From the human T2T-CHM13v2.0 reference genome, Homo sapiens: DNA of 64,000 nt. Numbering within the stretch: the stretch's first letter is position 1; each line of letters opens with the position of its first letter. The stretch lies in NCBI RefSeq assembly GCF_009914755.1, contig NC_060926.1; one strand, written 5' to 3'. This document shows positions 47,818-61,314 of the stretch, piece by piece. Position numbers and translations under genes: made by a program. The notes under the pieces are model-generated. The model worked only from the letters and a program-made list of their open reading frames with translations, did not search any database and was not told where the DNA came from.

Positions 47818-50457
47818 GTGTTGATGTGGCTGAGTTATATACTTATTTGAAAACTCTTAGGGGAAAAAAAGAAACTCAAGGAATACTAAATTAACTGAAG
47901 CAGCTAAAATAATGGATTGCTTCAAGACCACGTGAAAAAAAATCTCCAAACCGAGAAATCCATACTGCAGTCAGAAAAGCACAGTTAGAAGGGGAGGGGC
48001 AGAAACAATTCTGGCAGAAACTTCAAGTCCTTTCTGAACTCGTGAAAAAGAAATGAATTTTCACCCAATACTCAGTCTTTCCAAAGCAGCAAGCAGTCCC
48101 TGCATTCCCAGAGTGACTTTGGGGGAAGTCAGAAATTGCACAAGTGATTATGGTAAAGACTGAAGAGTGTTCCAGAAAGAGGACCTATAGGGCACCCCGC
48201 GGATGAAGTGCAATTATGTAACTTCCTAGCGTGCACGTCATGGATCATTACAGGGACCCGGGCACCTGGACAGGGCTGAGTGGCTCTGGGGCACCTTGTT
48301 TCTCTAGGCTGCAGGAAGCCTCCAGGAGTGCCGCTGCTCAGCCCTCCACTGCAGGCACTGACCCGCCTCCCCTGGCTGAAGTGGGAAAGACTGAGGTTAG
48401 CCAAGGGTCTCTGTCCTGAACTTGCCTCAGTGACCAGGAAGTCAGTCCAGCCCCTCCAAGTCACAGGCAGCAGCAGGACTTCCTGCCTGGGCTTGTGTGG
48501 TGGGGAACACACAGCCTTTCCCTCCCTTTCCAGGTCCCAGCCATCACTTTCCCATGCTTTGCTTGTGCTTTTGAACTGAGCCCATCCTGTCACATAAAAA
48601 CACATCAGGACGGCCTGTGAGCCCAAAGAGGGTACAGTAAGTCCCCCTGGGGTAGCACTGGGGTGAGGAGGGGCTGCTGCAGTTGGTCCAGGTCCCCACA
48701 CCACTGCACTGAGCCAAGGTTCCATGATTCCAGCCTCCTGGTACTTCTGGGATGAGAGGGCCACTGGGAAACGAAGGTGCTCGGCCTGCGAGGGTGACAG
48801 TTTGTGTCTGCTCTAGAGAGGGTGGAAGGCAAAGATGTAGCCCCAGGGCTTGAGGGCAGCCAGGACCTGCCGCTGGGGGAGCTAAGGAGCCTCAGGCCAC
48901 CCTGGGCTGGAGAGCCCAGGAGTTCTCAGCCATGGCTAACAGGTGGGTGACACGTTCTGGAGGACTGGGTTGTGCTGTCCAGGCCAGGCTCCTGCTGGTC
49001 AGAGGGCCAGCTCCGCTCATGGCCCCAGCCACAGCTCCCTCTGGCTGAAAAGGTGTATGTCCCTCTGGCAGAGACTGCACTGTCCAGGGAGAGGGAAGGT
49101 CTGGGCCATGCCAAGAAGGCACTGGGCTTTGTCTGCTGTGGGTGTGGAGCAGAGCTTTCTATTTCTGGCTGGCCTCTTGGGGGTAGAAGCAGTGAGCCCC
49201 AGGGTCCAGAGCCATGCTGGCTACAGCTCTGCACCCTCTGACCCCAGCCATGGGATGAGGTCCCCTGGTTGTGCCCAGCATGTATGTGTCCATGGTCCAG
49301 CAAGCACAGTGGCTCTGGCTGGCCTTTGTCTATCTCTGTGGCCTTGGAAACTTTGCCCTTCTACTGCCACTCCCAGCAGCTGCCCTGCTGTGGCTGCCCA
49401 GCCCAACTTCTCTGCCAAGGGGCTTCCGGGTGCTTCTCACTGCACCCATGCCGCAGCTGGCCACCAACTTCCCTTCTCTATGCTCCAGAGTCTCCACCTT
49501 TATCCCCTTTGGACAATCCAGAAGCTGGCTCAGGAGGATGGGCAGACACACTCATTCACCCATCCATTTTTTTCTTACATTTACAATATGCCAGGCCTAT
49601 CAGGGACCCAGGGAAAACCAGCGCAGCCCAACCCTCAAGGAAGTCACAGTCCTGTGATGGAATCAGACGTAGAAACAGACCGTGCTGAGGCCGCAGGGTA
49701 AGGGCTATGACATGGAAGCCAGGGACTCCCCCGCCACCCATCCATCCCCATGAGATTGGAGGTGTCAAGGAAAGCCTCCTGAAGGAGGTGGCACTGTAAC
49801 TAAGACTTGAAGGAAGAGCAGGAATTTTACCATCAGCTACAGACCTTCATAGAACCCCAAACAGAGAGATGGACTAGGGTGAGGACTGCAAGTTTAGCTT
49901 GGTCCTTGAAGGCATGGCCAGATTCTGGAAGCTGCCAGCATTCACAAAGGGGAGAGGCTGCTGAGAACCCCACGGAGGAAGAGTTCAGAGGGCATCTCCT
50001 CCCTCTGCTAACAGAAGCTCCCACTGCCACTGGCACCGAGTGGTGCTGGGGATGTATGTGATGGCGTTTTTCCATTCTGGTGCTTCCAGAGCTTCTGTGG
50101 ACACGCTGCCGTCAGTCACTGACTCTCGGGGAAGGGACCAGTCGGGGGGTTTCTGGGTCAGCTGTGCATTCCTCTGTCAGGCAAGCCTCCCGCTCAGCGC
50201 TCTGTGACCCCACACTGCCATGAGGGATTCTTGGTAGCAGAAGGACCCTGGTCACCCTGCCCCGAAGTCTGGGAGAGAAGTCCTGAGAGGCAGCAGGGAG
50301 GCTCCCAGATGACCCTGGAGGGCAGTGGCTGTTCCAGTGGCTGAGAAAGTGTCCTCAGGCTGGCAGGAATCCTCCTGCTTTGGATTTAGGCCCGCTCATA
50401 CTGGGCTAAGGTAGGGCTGATAGTGGGCAGGTTCTAGGGCAGCTGCCCTGTGACCCT

Positions 50458-50924
50458 TATTGCTGGGGTTGAATTGTGTTCCCTCCCCACCCCCAACAAA
50501 AGATGTATCCAAGTCCAGCCCCTGATACTTACATTTGTAACCTTGTTTGGAAATGGGGTCTTTATTGATATAATCAAGGTAAAATGAGGTCATACTGGAT
50601 TCGTTTGGGCCCTACTTTAGAGACTGGTGTCTTTATAAGAGGAAGATTTGGACACAAATGCAGACATATGGGGGGAGAAGGCCATGTGAGGATGGAGGCA
50701 GAGATTGGAGTGTTGCAGCCACAAGGCAAGAATGACAAGGATTGCCAGAAGCCACCACAAACGAGGAGAGAGTGGGAGAGGATCCTCGTCCAGGGCCTGA
50801 CAAGGAAGCAGGGCCTTGCTGACACCTTGATATTGGACTTTTACCCTCCAGAACTGTGGGAGAACAAACCTGTGTTCAGTCACCCAGTTTATGGTATTGC
50901 TGTGGCCGCTACAGGAGACCAACA
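50458..50924 (+). mobile_element. MLT1B/C-type MaLR solo LTR
   Basis: gggttgaattgtgttccc...ggaggcagagattggagtg...cctccagaactgtgggagaac. Confidence 0.88.
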
Positions 50925-51902
50925 CACTGTATCCCTCCCTGGGTGAACTGCCTTTGGCTTGTGCCTCTGTCCCTTGTCCTAGCAGCCAGGGGTTGGGGGT
51001 GTGTCTATCAGTGAGTCACCTGGGGGCCCACACCCAGTGCTTGCTTCCCTTGCTTAGGAATCATTTGTTGATCACCTACCAGGCACCAGGCACAGTGGGG
51101 TTATAAACAGGCAGGGCCCAGCTGACACTCAGGCTCGGGGAGGAGAGCATGAGAAACCCAGTGATGTCTGTGGCCCACCCAGGGCAAGCCACTTGGGGGC
51201 GCCTGTGAGCAAGTGCAGGGATGCTCTGACCCACGGCATCATGGACCACCAGCGTGGCTGCACGCTGAGGGCGGGCACAGCTGCAGGGGATGCCTGTAAG
51301 GCTGGCAGGGGGAGCTTGGTGGGAAACCCTTGGGGTACTCCAGCCCCACTCAGGAACACCGGAGTTCAGCCTGGCTCCTCTGTGTCTCAGGCCGTCTTTG
51401 CTCACAATGGTGACCACGCTGGTGATTTCACAAAGTTCACCCCCCAAAGATGACCCTGGGAGAGGTCAGTGGCCTGTCCTGGGTCACACAGCTCCCCTGT
51501 GGGTATTTAAACCCAGGCCTCATCCCCTGAGCAGAGAGCTCTTTTTCCCGGGACCTTTGCTGTCAAGGTGTGTTCTGGCTCTGGCTCTAGGATGGTGCCA
51601 GTGCATTCTGATAGCCACATCTGTGTGATTTCAAAGTGCCAGAGTGAATGGAGGGGAACAGCCAGTCTGCACCAGAGAACCGTACACCCTAGATTCTCTC
51701 ACTCTGAAAGTGCTGACAACCATGGCAGCCACTTCCTCCAGAGCCGAAACAAGCCCCATGGCTGGACCTGGGAGCAGTCTTTGTTGGGGCAGGGGGCCAC
51801 TGCCCACAGGGCTTGTAAGAATCTGAGGCTGCTCAGGGTGGGCTCAGGTTCCAGGTGACACCACACAGGAAGTAATAGGGCCTATGGGGAGACCCCCTTT
51901 CA

Positions 51903-52075
<173 letters not shown>

Positions 52076-52737
52076 GAATGCAGGCTGTCACCAGGGGGGC
52101 TGGCTGTGTTAGGCGCAGTGCAGGGGGAGAGGAAAGCCCTGCTGTGAGCGGAAGGGGAAGCCTGAGGCAAGGACCGAGGGCCCGGGGGCCTGGGGCGGGG
52201 CTGCTGCTGCCCTCTGTCCTCCTGGAGGTGGTCCCTCTGGAGGCCCCTTTGCCTCCCCACCAGGAAGTGCTCCTGAATTGTCCCCCGCCTCAGCACCTGG
52301 GTCACATCTCAGTCTCAGCTTGTGCTAAATTCCTCATTCTTCCTACCCTGCCCCCTCCACCTTATTAGATCCGCCACACACGTGGCTCAGACCTTCTTCC
52401 TCTGTGTGCTCACTGGCCCTGGAGCAGTCTTAGAAATTACCCTCCTGAATATAAAAGTTAGACATGCTCATTGTAGAAAAATGGTTCAATACAGAAAAGT
52501 CGAAAAATAAAGCACCGGTGTCACTTTGGCTTATTTTCTTCCAGACTTCTCTTTCCCACACACCTTAACAGAGTGTTTCAGGCCGCATTTCCCTCTTAGC
52601 CCCTGTCTTGCCTCCCCCAGCTCCACTTACTATAATATTGAGTTTTCTTGGACTCAGTATTCAAAGAATTTACTCAATATTCAATATTCAAAGAATTTAC
52701 CAAATTCTGTGTAAAACATCTTTTTAAAAGACTGCCT

Positions 52738-53163
52738 AGGCAGGGCATGGTGGCTCACACCTGTAATTCCAATGCTTTGGGAGGCCAAGGCAGAAGGATC
52801 ACTTGAGTTTGAGACCAGCCTGTGCAACAAAGCAAGACCCTGTCTCTACAAAAAATGAAAAATAAAAATTTAACTGGGTATAGTGGTAAAGTCCCAGCTA
52901 CTCAGTAGGCTGAGGTGGGAGGATCACTTGAGCCTGGGAGTTCAAGACCAGCCTGGACAACATAGAGACCTCGTCTCTACCAGAAAGACAAAAATTAGTC
53001 AGGCATGATGGCACATGCCTGTAGACCCAGCTACTTGGAAGGCTTAGGTGGGAGGATCATGAGCCCAGGAGGTTCCAGGCTGCAGTAAGCTATAACTGTG
53101 CCACTGCACTCCAGCCTGGGTGACAGAGCAAGACCCTGACTCAAAAACAAACAAACAAAAAAT
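52738..53163 (+). mobile_element. Three-armed AluJ-like element
   Basis: Left arm, chimeric right/left arm, right arm. Confidence 0.85.
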
Positions 53164-55608
53164 TCCAGCATATGTATGTATAATATATTTAACTAATCCC
53201 CAATTCCTGGGCATTTAGGTTCTTTTCCTTTTTTTTTTTTTTTTTTTTTTTTTTTTGGCAGTCCCCACTCTTCCCCTGCCATGCATGGAAGCCCTCAGCT
53301 TGGGAGCTCATCTTCCACACCGTCAGGTGGGAACCATGGCAGGCCTGCACCCTTGTGGCGGCTGCACCCCGTTTGCCAGGATTTGTCTGAGCCCTGACCT
53401 CAACCTAGGGGAATAAAGGAAGAGTCCCCAGGGGTTCTGCGGAGGGTTTTCCTCCCTGATTAAAGGAGATGCTTGGGTAAACTGTTCCCTTCTACTGGCC
53501 ATCCCCTCATCTGTAGGGGACACCTGCAGCTGTGTCAGGTGACTTGGGCAGCTATCACCAACAACTGAGGATGAGGGTGACACGACAGAGAGGTGGGAGA
53601 CAGCACTGAGACCCCTGGTGAATTGTTGAACAAGGGACCCTGCTCACTGGCCACTCTGCCTCTGGATTTCTTGTAACGTTCCTTATTGTTTAAGTCACTG
53701 TCAGTGATCTCCAAAGGTACCCTGACTGATGCGTTCATCGTCCATCTCTACTGTCCTGGGCCTGCCCATGCTGCGACACCCCATTTCTGCACCAAGCTCA
53801 CCTCACACTCAAGCACTACCTCTTCCTCCTCCCTGGGGCAGCTGTCCACAGGTCCTGCTTGGTTCCAGGTGGTCCCTCCCATACTTGTATCACTGGATAT
53901 CCCCCCAGTACTTGTATCACTGGAGGCTCACAGGCCTGGCTGCCCTCCTGAGGGCCGCACCTGTACCTTTTTCCTTTCTGGACAGGCCAGCCATGGACCC
54001 CTGGGTGGCCTGCATGAAATGTCTCAGCTTGTGCTAAATTCTGCCAATGGCCCTCAAACAGTTCTCCAGGGACCTCCCAGGCAAGGCCCTCCTTCCCACT
54101 AATGGCTTCTGCCTGATGCCTGTTGGGAGGATGGTAGCCATCAGGGACTATGCTAGACCAGACACCCTGGCCCTGTCTGGCCTCCCGAGGCTGAGACTTG
54201 GGTCTAGGTGGCCCCAGCTGATCCCTCAGCTACTGAGAGTGTGGTTAACACTTTCAGAGCCCCTGTGGGTCATAGCATGCACCCCTGGGCTAGAGCAGAG
54301 TCCAGTCTGGTTCTCAGGGTCAGCTGGGAGGCCAGGTTCAGGTGTCCCATCCAAGGGGATAAGAAGTGGGCAGGGAACAAGGACTGGATGTGAGGCTGAG
54401 CCCAGCTGGAACCCAGAGGAGAGCAGGGCAGGCCTTGAGTACAGCAAGGAGCCTTAAGTGATGTTCAAGACAGCAAGGGCCCCAACCAGGGAGTCCTGTC
54501 ACTGAACAGGCTGCAGAGTGGGAGATGGGGTGGCGGGAGTGGCGGGCAGCTGGGTGGTGGGGGTTTGGGTGCTGAGGGGCAGCCCTGGCTGGATGTGTCA
54601 CACTGGCCTGGAACCCTGGCCTGTTCTCATTGGTTACTGCTTACGGAGTGTGTAGGGGGCTGGCCTGGGAGGGTCTCAGGCTGGTGAACGAGTCTGAACT
54701 TCCCACACTACTGCCGGCACTGGGTTAAAGCCTGAAAGGGCCAGGTCAAAATGCCAGCATGGCCGTGAGGGATGGGACTTCTGCCATGCATGAGTGGCCA
54801 GTCATATTTCAGCTCTGCTGCCTAGGTCAAGAGGGGGCCAGTGTAGGAGGCTTGGTGTGGAGAGAAGAAGGAAGGCAGCTACACGTCCAAGAGGGCAGGC
54901 CTATGACAGGGCTGGGAGGGGACAAGAGACATGATGGAACATGTCGTCCAAGATCCTGTCCCAGAGTGTTGCTGATGCTCTGCTGGAAGCACACGGCCCA
55001 GCTTCGAGGGCCCAGCACGGCCACACCGCAGGGTACCGGGGCTCCAGAGCCAGGGGCGAAGCAGGGGTACAGGCAGAGGGACTGGGAGGGAGCGAGAGAG
55101 CTGCTGCGGTGGAGGAAGGTTTCAAAACCCACTTCCACCCTCCCTTCCCTGCAGTGATGCTGTTTAACAAACAGGACATCCTGAAAACAGAGAAGGTGGC
55201 TGGTGAGCTTTGGGTGTGACTGTCCACCCGTTTCCCCGTGGTAGTCAGGATCAACTACCCCAGCCCACGGGAAAACCCCCACCTCCCCCTTTGACAGACC
55301 ATCATGGGGAAATAGCGTTGCCACTGCAAAACAAGGACAGAGGCTCATGGCCAGCTTCCAGGGGATCCCCCAGGCTCCTCTGAGCACATCCATGTCTCGT
55401 GCTGAGATTAGATGGAAGATGCCAACAGGACCAGCAAAGGGTTCAGGCCCCCGAATGAAGGTGTGAGTTATCCTGCTGTGTTCAGTGACCTGACTAACCG
55501 AGGTGCTGCAGAGGACAAGGATCAGGAGTGGAGAGAGGCTGTCCTGTGCTATGTTGCAGAAATAAGGACAGTCACCTGTGTTTTTCCTTCCCTGCTAGGC
55601 CCTGAATA

Positions 55609-55658
55609 ATTAACCTTTGAAGTTAAAGACTGAAGGGATCTATACCCCTCTGCAGTGA
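55609..55658 (+). pseudogene. mt-tRNA-Lys pseudogene, 5'-truncated
   Basis: attaacctttgaagttaaag...cagtga immediately before the ATP8 ATG. Confidence 0.85.
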
Positions 55659-55859
55659 ATGCCTCAACTAGACACTTTCACGTGATCCATTATTATCCTG
55701 TCATAAATTTATTCACCATTATTCAGTTAAAATTATCAAATTTCATTTATCATATTACCCCTGCACCAAAAATAGTCAAAACACAAAAGCATAAGACCCC
55801 CCTGAGAATTAAAATGAACAAAAATCTATTCACCTCTTTTACTACCCCAACAATTCTAG
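55659..55859 (+). pseudogene. MT-ATP8 pseudogene
   Basis: atgcctcaacta start (MPQL), overlap with ATP6. Confidence 0.9.
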
Positions 55860-56486
55860 GTCTACCCACAGTAATATTAATCATTCTATTTCCTGCCATG
55901 CTATTTCCAATTTCCAGTCATCTAATTAGTAATCGATTAACTTCCATTCAACAGTGATAATTCAACTTGCACTAAAACAAATAATAATTACCCATAACAT
56001 TAAAGGATGAACCTGATCCCTTACACTGATATCCCTAATTATCTTCATTGCCTCAACCAACCTCCTCCAGCTTCTACCCCATTCATTTATATCAACTACC
56101 CAATTATCAATAAATCTAGGTATAGCAGTCCCCTGTGAGCAGGTGCAGTAATTACAGGCTTCCACTTTAAAACTAAAATCTCCTTAGCTCACTTTTTACC
56201 ACAAGGCATACCTATGCCACTTATCCCTATACTAGTACTCATTGAAACCATTAGCCTATCCATTCACCGATAGCATTAGCTGTGCAATTAACAGCCAACA
56301 TTACAGCCGACCACCTGCTAATACATTTAATCAGGGGACCCACACTGGTACTATCAACTATTAGTCTTCCCATAGCTTCAATTGCTTTCATTATTCTAAT
56401 ACTACTAACCATTCTCGAATTCACCATAGCCCTTATTCAGGCTTATGTCTTGACACTACTAGTAAGCCTTTATATGACAACACATA

Positions 56487-56487
<1 letters not shown>
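55814..56487 (+). pseudogene. MT-ATP6 pseudogene
   Basis: [18 protein letters not shown]...; [11 protein letters not shown]; disrupted. Confidence 0.95.
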
Positions 56488-57626
<1,139 letters not shown>

Positions 57627-57694
57627 ACTCTTTTAGTATAAATAGTACCATTGACTTCCAAACAATTAGTTTCCATAGTATCCAAAAGAGAGTA
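57627..57694 (+). pseudogene. mt-tRNA-Gly pseudogene
   Basis: actcttttagtataaatagtacc...ttcca...gagagta. Confidence 0.9.
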
Positions 57695-58036
57695 ATTAAC
57701 CTGACACTAGCCCTAGTAACCGACACCTTAATGGCCCTATTACTACTAATAATTACATTTTGGCTCCCACAACTTAACATTTATATAGAAAAATATAGCC
57801 TCTATGAATGCGGATTTGACCCAATAACCTCCACCCACCTCCCCTTTTCCATAAAATTTTTCCTAGTAGCCATCACATTTCTCCTCTTTGACTTAGAAAT
57901 CGCTCTACTACTGCTCCTACCATGAGCCCATCAAACAACCTGACACTAACAATCAGCACAGCCCTTCTACTAGTTATCATTTTAATCCTAGGCTTAACTT
58001 ATGAATGAACCCAAAAAGGATTAGACTGAGTTGAAT
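57695..58036 (+). pseudogene. MT-ND3 pseudogene
   Basis: YECGFDP...[24 protein letters not shown]. Confidence 0.95.
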
Positions 58037-58103
58037 TGGTAAGTAGTTTAAGTCAAAATAAGTGATTTTGACGCATTAGATTATGATAGGCCATATTTGC
58101 CAA
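58037..58103 (+). pseudogene. mt-tRNA-Arg pseudogene (anticodon TCG decayed to TTG)
   Basis: tggtaagtagttta...gattttgac...ccaa between ND3 and ND4L. Confidence 0.88.
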
Positions 58104-58397
58104 ATGCCCTCTATTTATATCAATATTATATTGGCATATACCATAGCACTACTGGGAGTATTAGTCTATCGATCCCACCTAATATCATCCCTATTATGCC
58201 TAGAAGCCATCATACTATCAATATTTATCATAATTACTCTTACAACTTTAAATATACATTTCATTCTAGCATCCATAACACCCATCATCCTCCTAGTATT
58301 TGCTGCCTGTGAAGCCGCAGTTCTTGCCTTACTAGTTTCAATCTCTAACACATATGGTCTAGATTACGTACAAAACCTACACTTACTTCAATACTAA
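58104..58397 (+). pseudogene. MT-ND4L pseudogene with open reading frame
   Basis: MPSIYINI...[34 protein letters not shown]. Confidence 0.95.
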
Positions 58398-59753
58398 AAA
58401 TTATTATTCCAACAATTATACTGTTACCAATAACATGATTCTCTAAAAATTCTATAATCTGAATCAACATGACTACCCACAGTCTACTCATCAGCCTCAT
58501 TACCCTATTATTTGTTAATCAATTCAACGATAACTCACCCAACTTCTCATTAATCTTTTCTGACCCGCTGACATCCCCCCTTCTAATCTCAACAGCCTGA
58601 CTACAAACTCCAGCAAGCCAATATCACCTGCCCAATGAATCACCCCCATGAAAAAAAGCTCTATATTTCTATATTGGTTTCCCTGCAGATTTTAATTATA
58701 GCATTCACAGCCACAGAACTAATTATATTTTATATCCTCTTTGAAGCTACACTAATTCCTACCCTGATTATCATCACCCGCTGAGGTAGGCAACCAGAGC
58801 GCCTCAATGCCAGCTCATATTTCCTATTTATACACTAGTAGGATCCGTCCCTCTACTTGTTACACTTGTCTACATTCAAAATACCTCAGTTTCACTAAAT
58901 ATTCTAGTAATGATATTTACCACCCAAGAACTATTAGCCTCCTGATCCAATAATCTTATATGACTAGCATGTATTATGGCTTTTATAGTGAAAATACCTC
59001 TATACGGACTTCACCTGTGACTCCCTAAAGCCCACGTAGAAGCCCCTATTGACGGCTCAATAGTACTTGCAGCAGTTCTCCTAAAGCTAGGCGGCTGTGG
59101 TGTAATATGGCTTACCCTTATCCTCAGCCCCCTAACAGAATATATAGCCTACCCATTCCTCATATTATCCCTATGAGGAATGGTTATGACAAGCTCTATT
59201 TGTCTACGACAAACCAATCTAAAATCACTTATTGCCTACTCCTGCATAAGCCATATAGCACTTGTTATCACAGCTATCCTCATCCAAAACCCTTGAAGCT
59301 TTACAGGTGCAGTCACCCTTATAATTGCCCACGGACTTACTTCATCCTTATTATTCTGCCTAGCAAATTTGAACTACGAGCAAATCCATACCCGAACCAT
59401 ATTACTTACCCGAGGCCTTCAAATACTGCTTCCACTAATAGCCTCTTGATGACTTCTAGCAAATCTCACTAACCTTGCCTTACCCCCTACCATTAATCTA
59501 GTAGGATAACTCTTTGTGACCATAGCTTCATTCTCCTGATCAAATATCACTATTATGTTTACAGGACTTAACATACTAATTACAGCCCTCTACTCCCTAT
59601 ATATATTAATCATGATACAACAAGGGACACTCACATATTACATTGACAGTATTAAACCTTCCTTTACACGAGAAAATACATTAATATTTATACATGTCGC
59701 ACCTATCCTTCTATTACCCTTAAAACCTAAAATTATTATGGGGTTTACATGCT
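58391..59753 (+). pseudogene. MT-ND4 pseudogene
   Basis: cctaaagcccacgtagaagcccctatt (PKAHVEAPI), indels. Confidence 0.95.
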
Positions 59754-59949
59754 GTAGCTATAGTATAACCGAAACCTTAGACTGTGGATCTAATAATAGA
59801 AGCCTGCAACTTATCTACCAAGAAATTACGCAAGGACAGCTAACTTGTGCCCCCATGCCTAACAACATGGCTTTCTCAACTTTTAAAGAATTAGAGTTGT
59901 CTATTGGTCTTAGGAACCAAAAACATTGGTGCAACTCCAAATAAAAGTA
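59754..59949 (+). pseudogene. mt-tRNA His, Ser(AGY), Leu(CUN) pseudogene cluster
   Basis: gactgtgga anticodon arm; aacaacatggctttctca; ttggtcttagg...ttggtgcaactccaaataaaagta. Confidence 0.92.
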
Positions 59950-60259
59950 ACAAATATGTATTTTTCCACTACTATAATAGCCCTAATCCCCTTAATCCTA
60001 CCAACTATTATCACCTTAGTCAACCCCTGCAAAAAAGGTTCATACCCAAACTACGTAAAAATATCTATCGTATGCGCCTTCACCATTAGCCTCATCCCAA
60101 CAATGTTTATATGTACAGACCAAGAAGTCATTATCTCAAACTGACATTCAATGACAATCCAAACTCTTAAACTCTCACTAAGCTTCAAACTACTTTTCCA
60201 CAATATTTATCCCAGTAGCACTATTTGTTACCTGATCTGTTGTAGCATTATCAATATGA

Positions 60260-60657
<398 letters not shown>

Positions 60658-61113
60658 CCTTTCAACTCTTTATCAGATGAGAAGGCGTAGGAATCATGTC
60701 TTTCTAACTGGCTGATGATATGGCCGAGCAGATGCTAACAAAAGCAGGCCTCCAAGCAGTTCTGTACAACCGCATCGGCGATACTGGCTTTATTTTTAGC
60801 TATAGCATGATTTCTCTTATCCTCCAACACATGAGACTTTCAACAAGCGTTTACTCTAAACCCTATCCCCGACACCCTTCCATTACTTACTTAGCAGCAG
60901 CAGGAAAGTCAGCTAAATTCAACCTCCATCCCTGACTCCCATCCGCCATAGAAGGCCCAACCCCAGTCTCGGCCCTGCTCCACTCCAGCACTGTAGTTGT
61001 AGCAGTTTTCCTACTCATCCGTTTCTACTCTTTAATAGAAAATAACCTATTCATCCAAACCTTTACATTATGTCTAGGGGCTATTACCACCCTACTTACA
61101 GCAATCTGCCCTT

Positions 61114-61314
61114 CAGCGCCAGGGGAATGCCCGACAGCTACCTTCTCCCCCGTGACCGCCGGGCTCCGTATCCTGGGCGAGCCGCCCGGCTCCGGATAGC
61201 AGGAAACTGGGGAGGGCTCCGGCCTCGCCTCGTCAGCCCCGGAGCCTTCACCAATCCCGGGCCCGGAAAGACCACGCCCACTGCTGGCCCCGCCTAGCAC
61301 CTGCGCAGGTGCAG
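61114..61314. promoter_or_regulatory. Non-mitochondrial CpG-island-like cassette with promoter motifs
   Basis: About 19 CpGs in 201 bp; CCAAT 61251, CCACGCCC 61272, GCCCCGCCT 61287, NRF1-like TGCGCAGGTGCA. Regulatory function is inferred, not shown. Confidence 0.6.

Noticed and set aside
51500-51516. TATA-like gggtatttaaaccc
   Set aside because: Isolated short motif with no downstream gene structure visible.
53228-53256. Orphan poly-T tract
   Set aside because: No attached retrocopy body or clear TSD; simple homopolymer.
59848-60089. SHMOOSE-like frame ([15 protein letters not shown]) over tRNA-Ser/Leu/ND5
   Set aside because: The equivalent start is GTG and an in-frame TAG follows after 15 codons, so the microprotein ORF is not intact.
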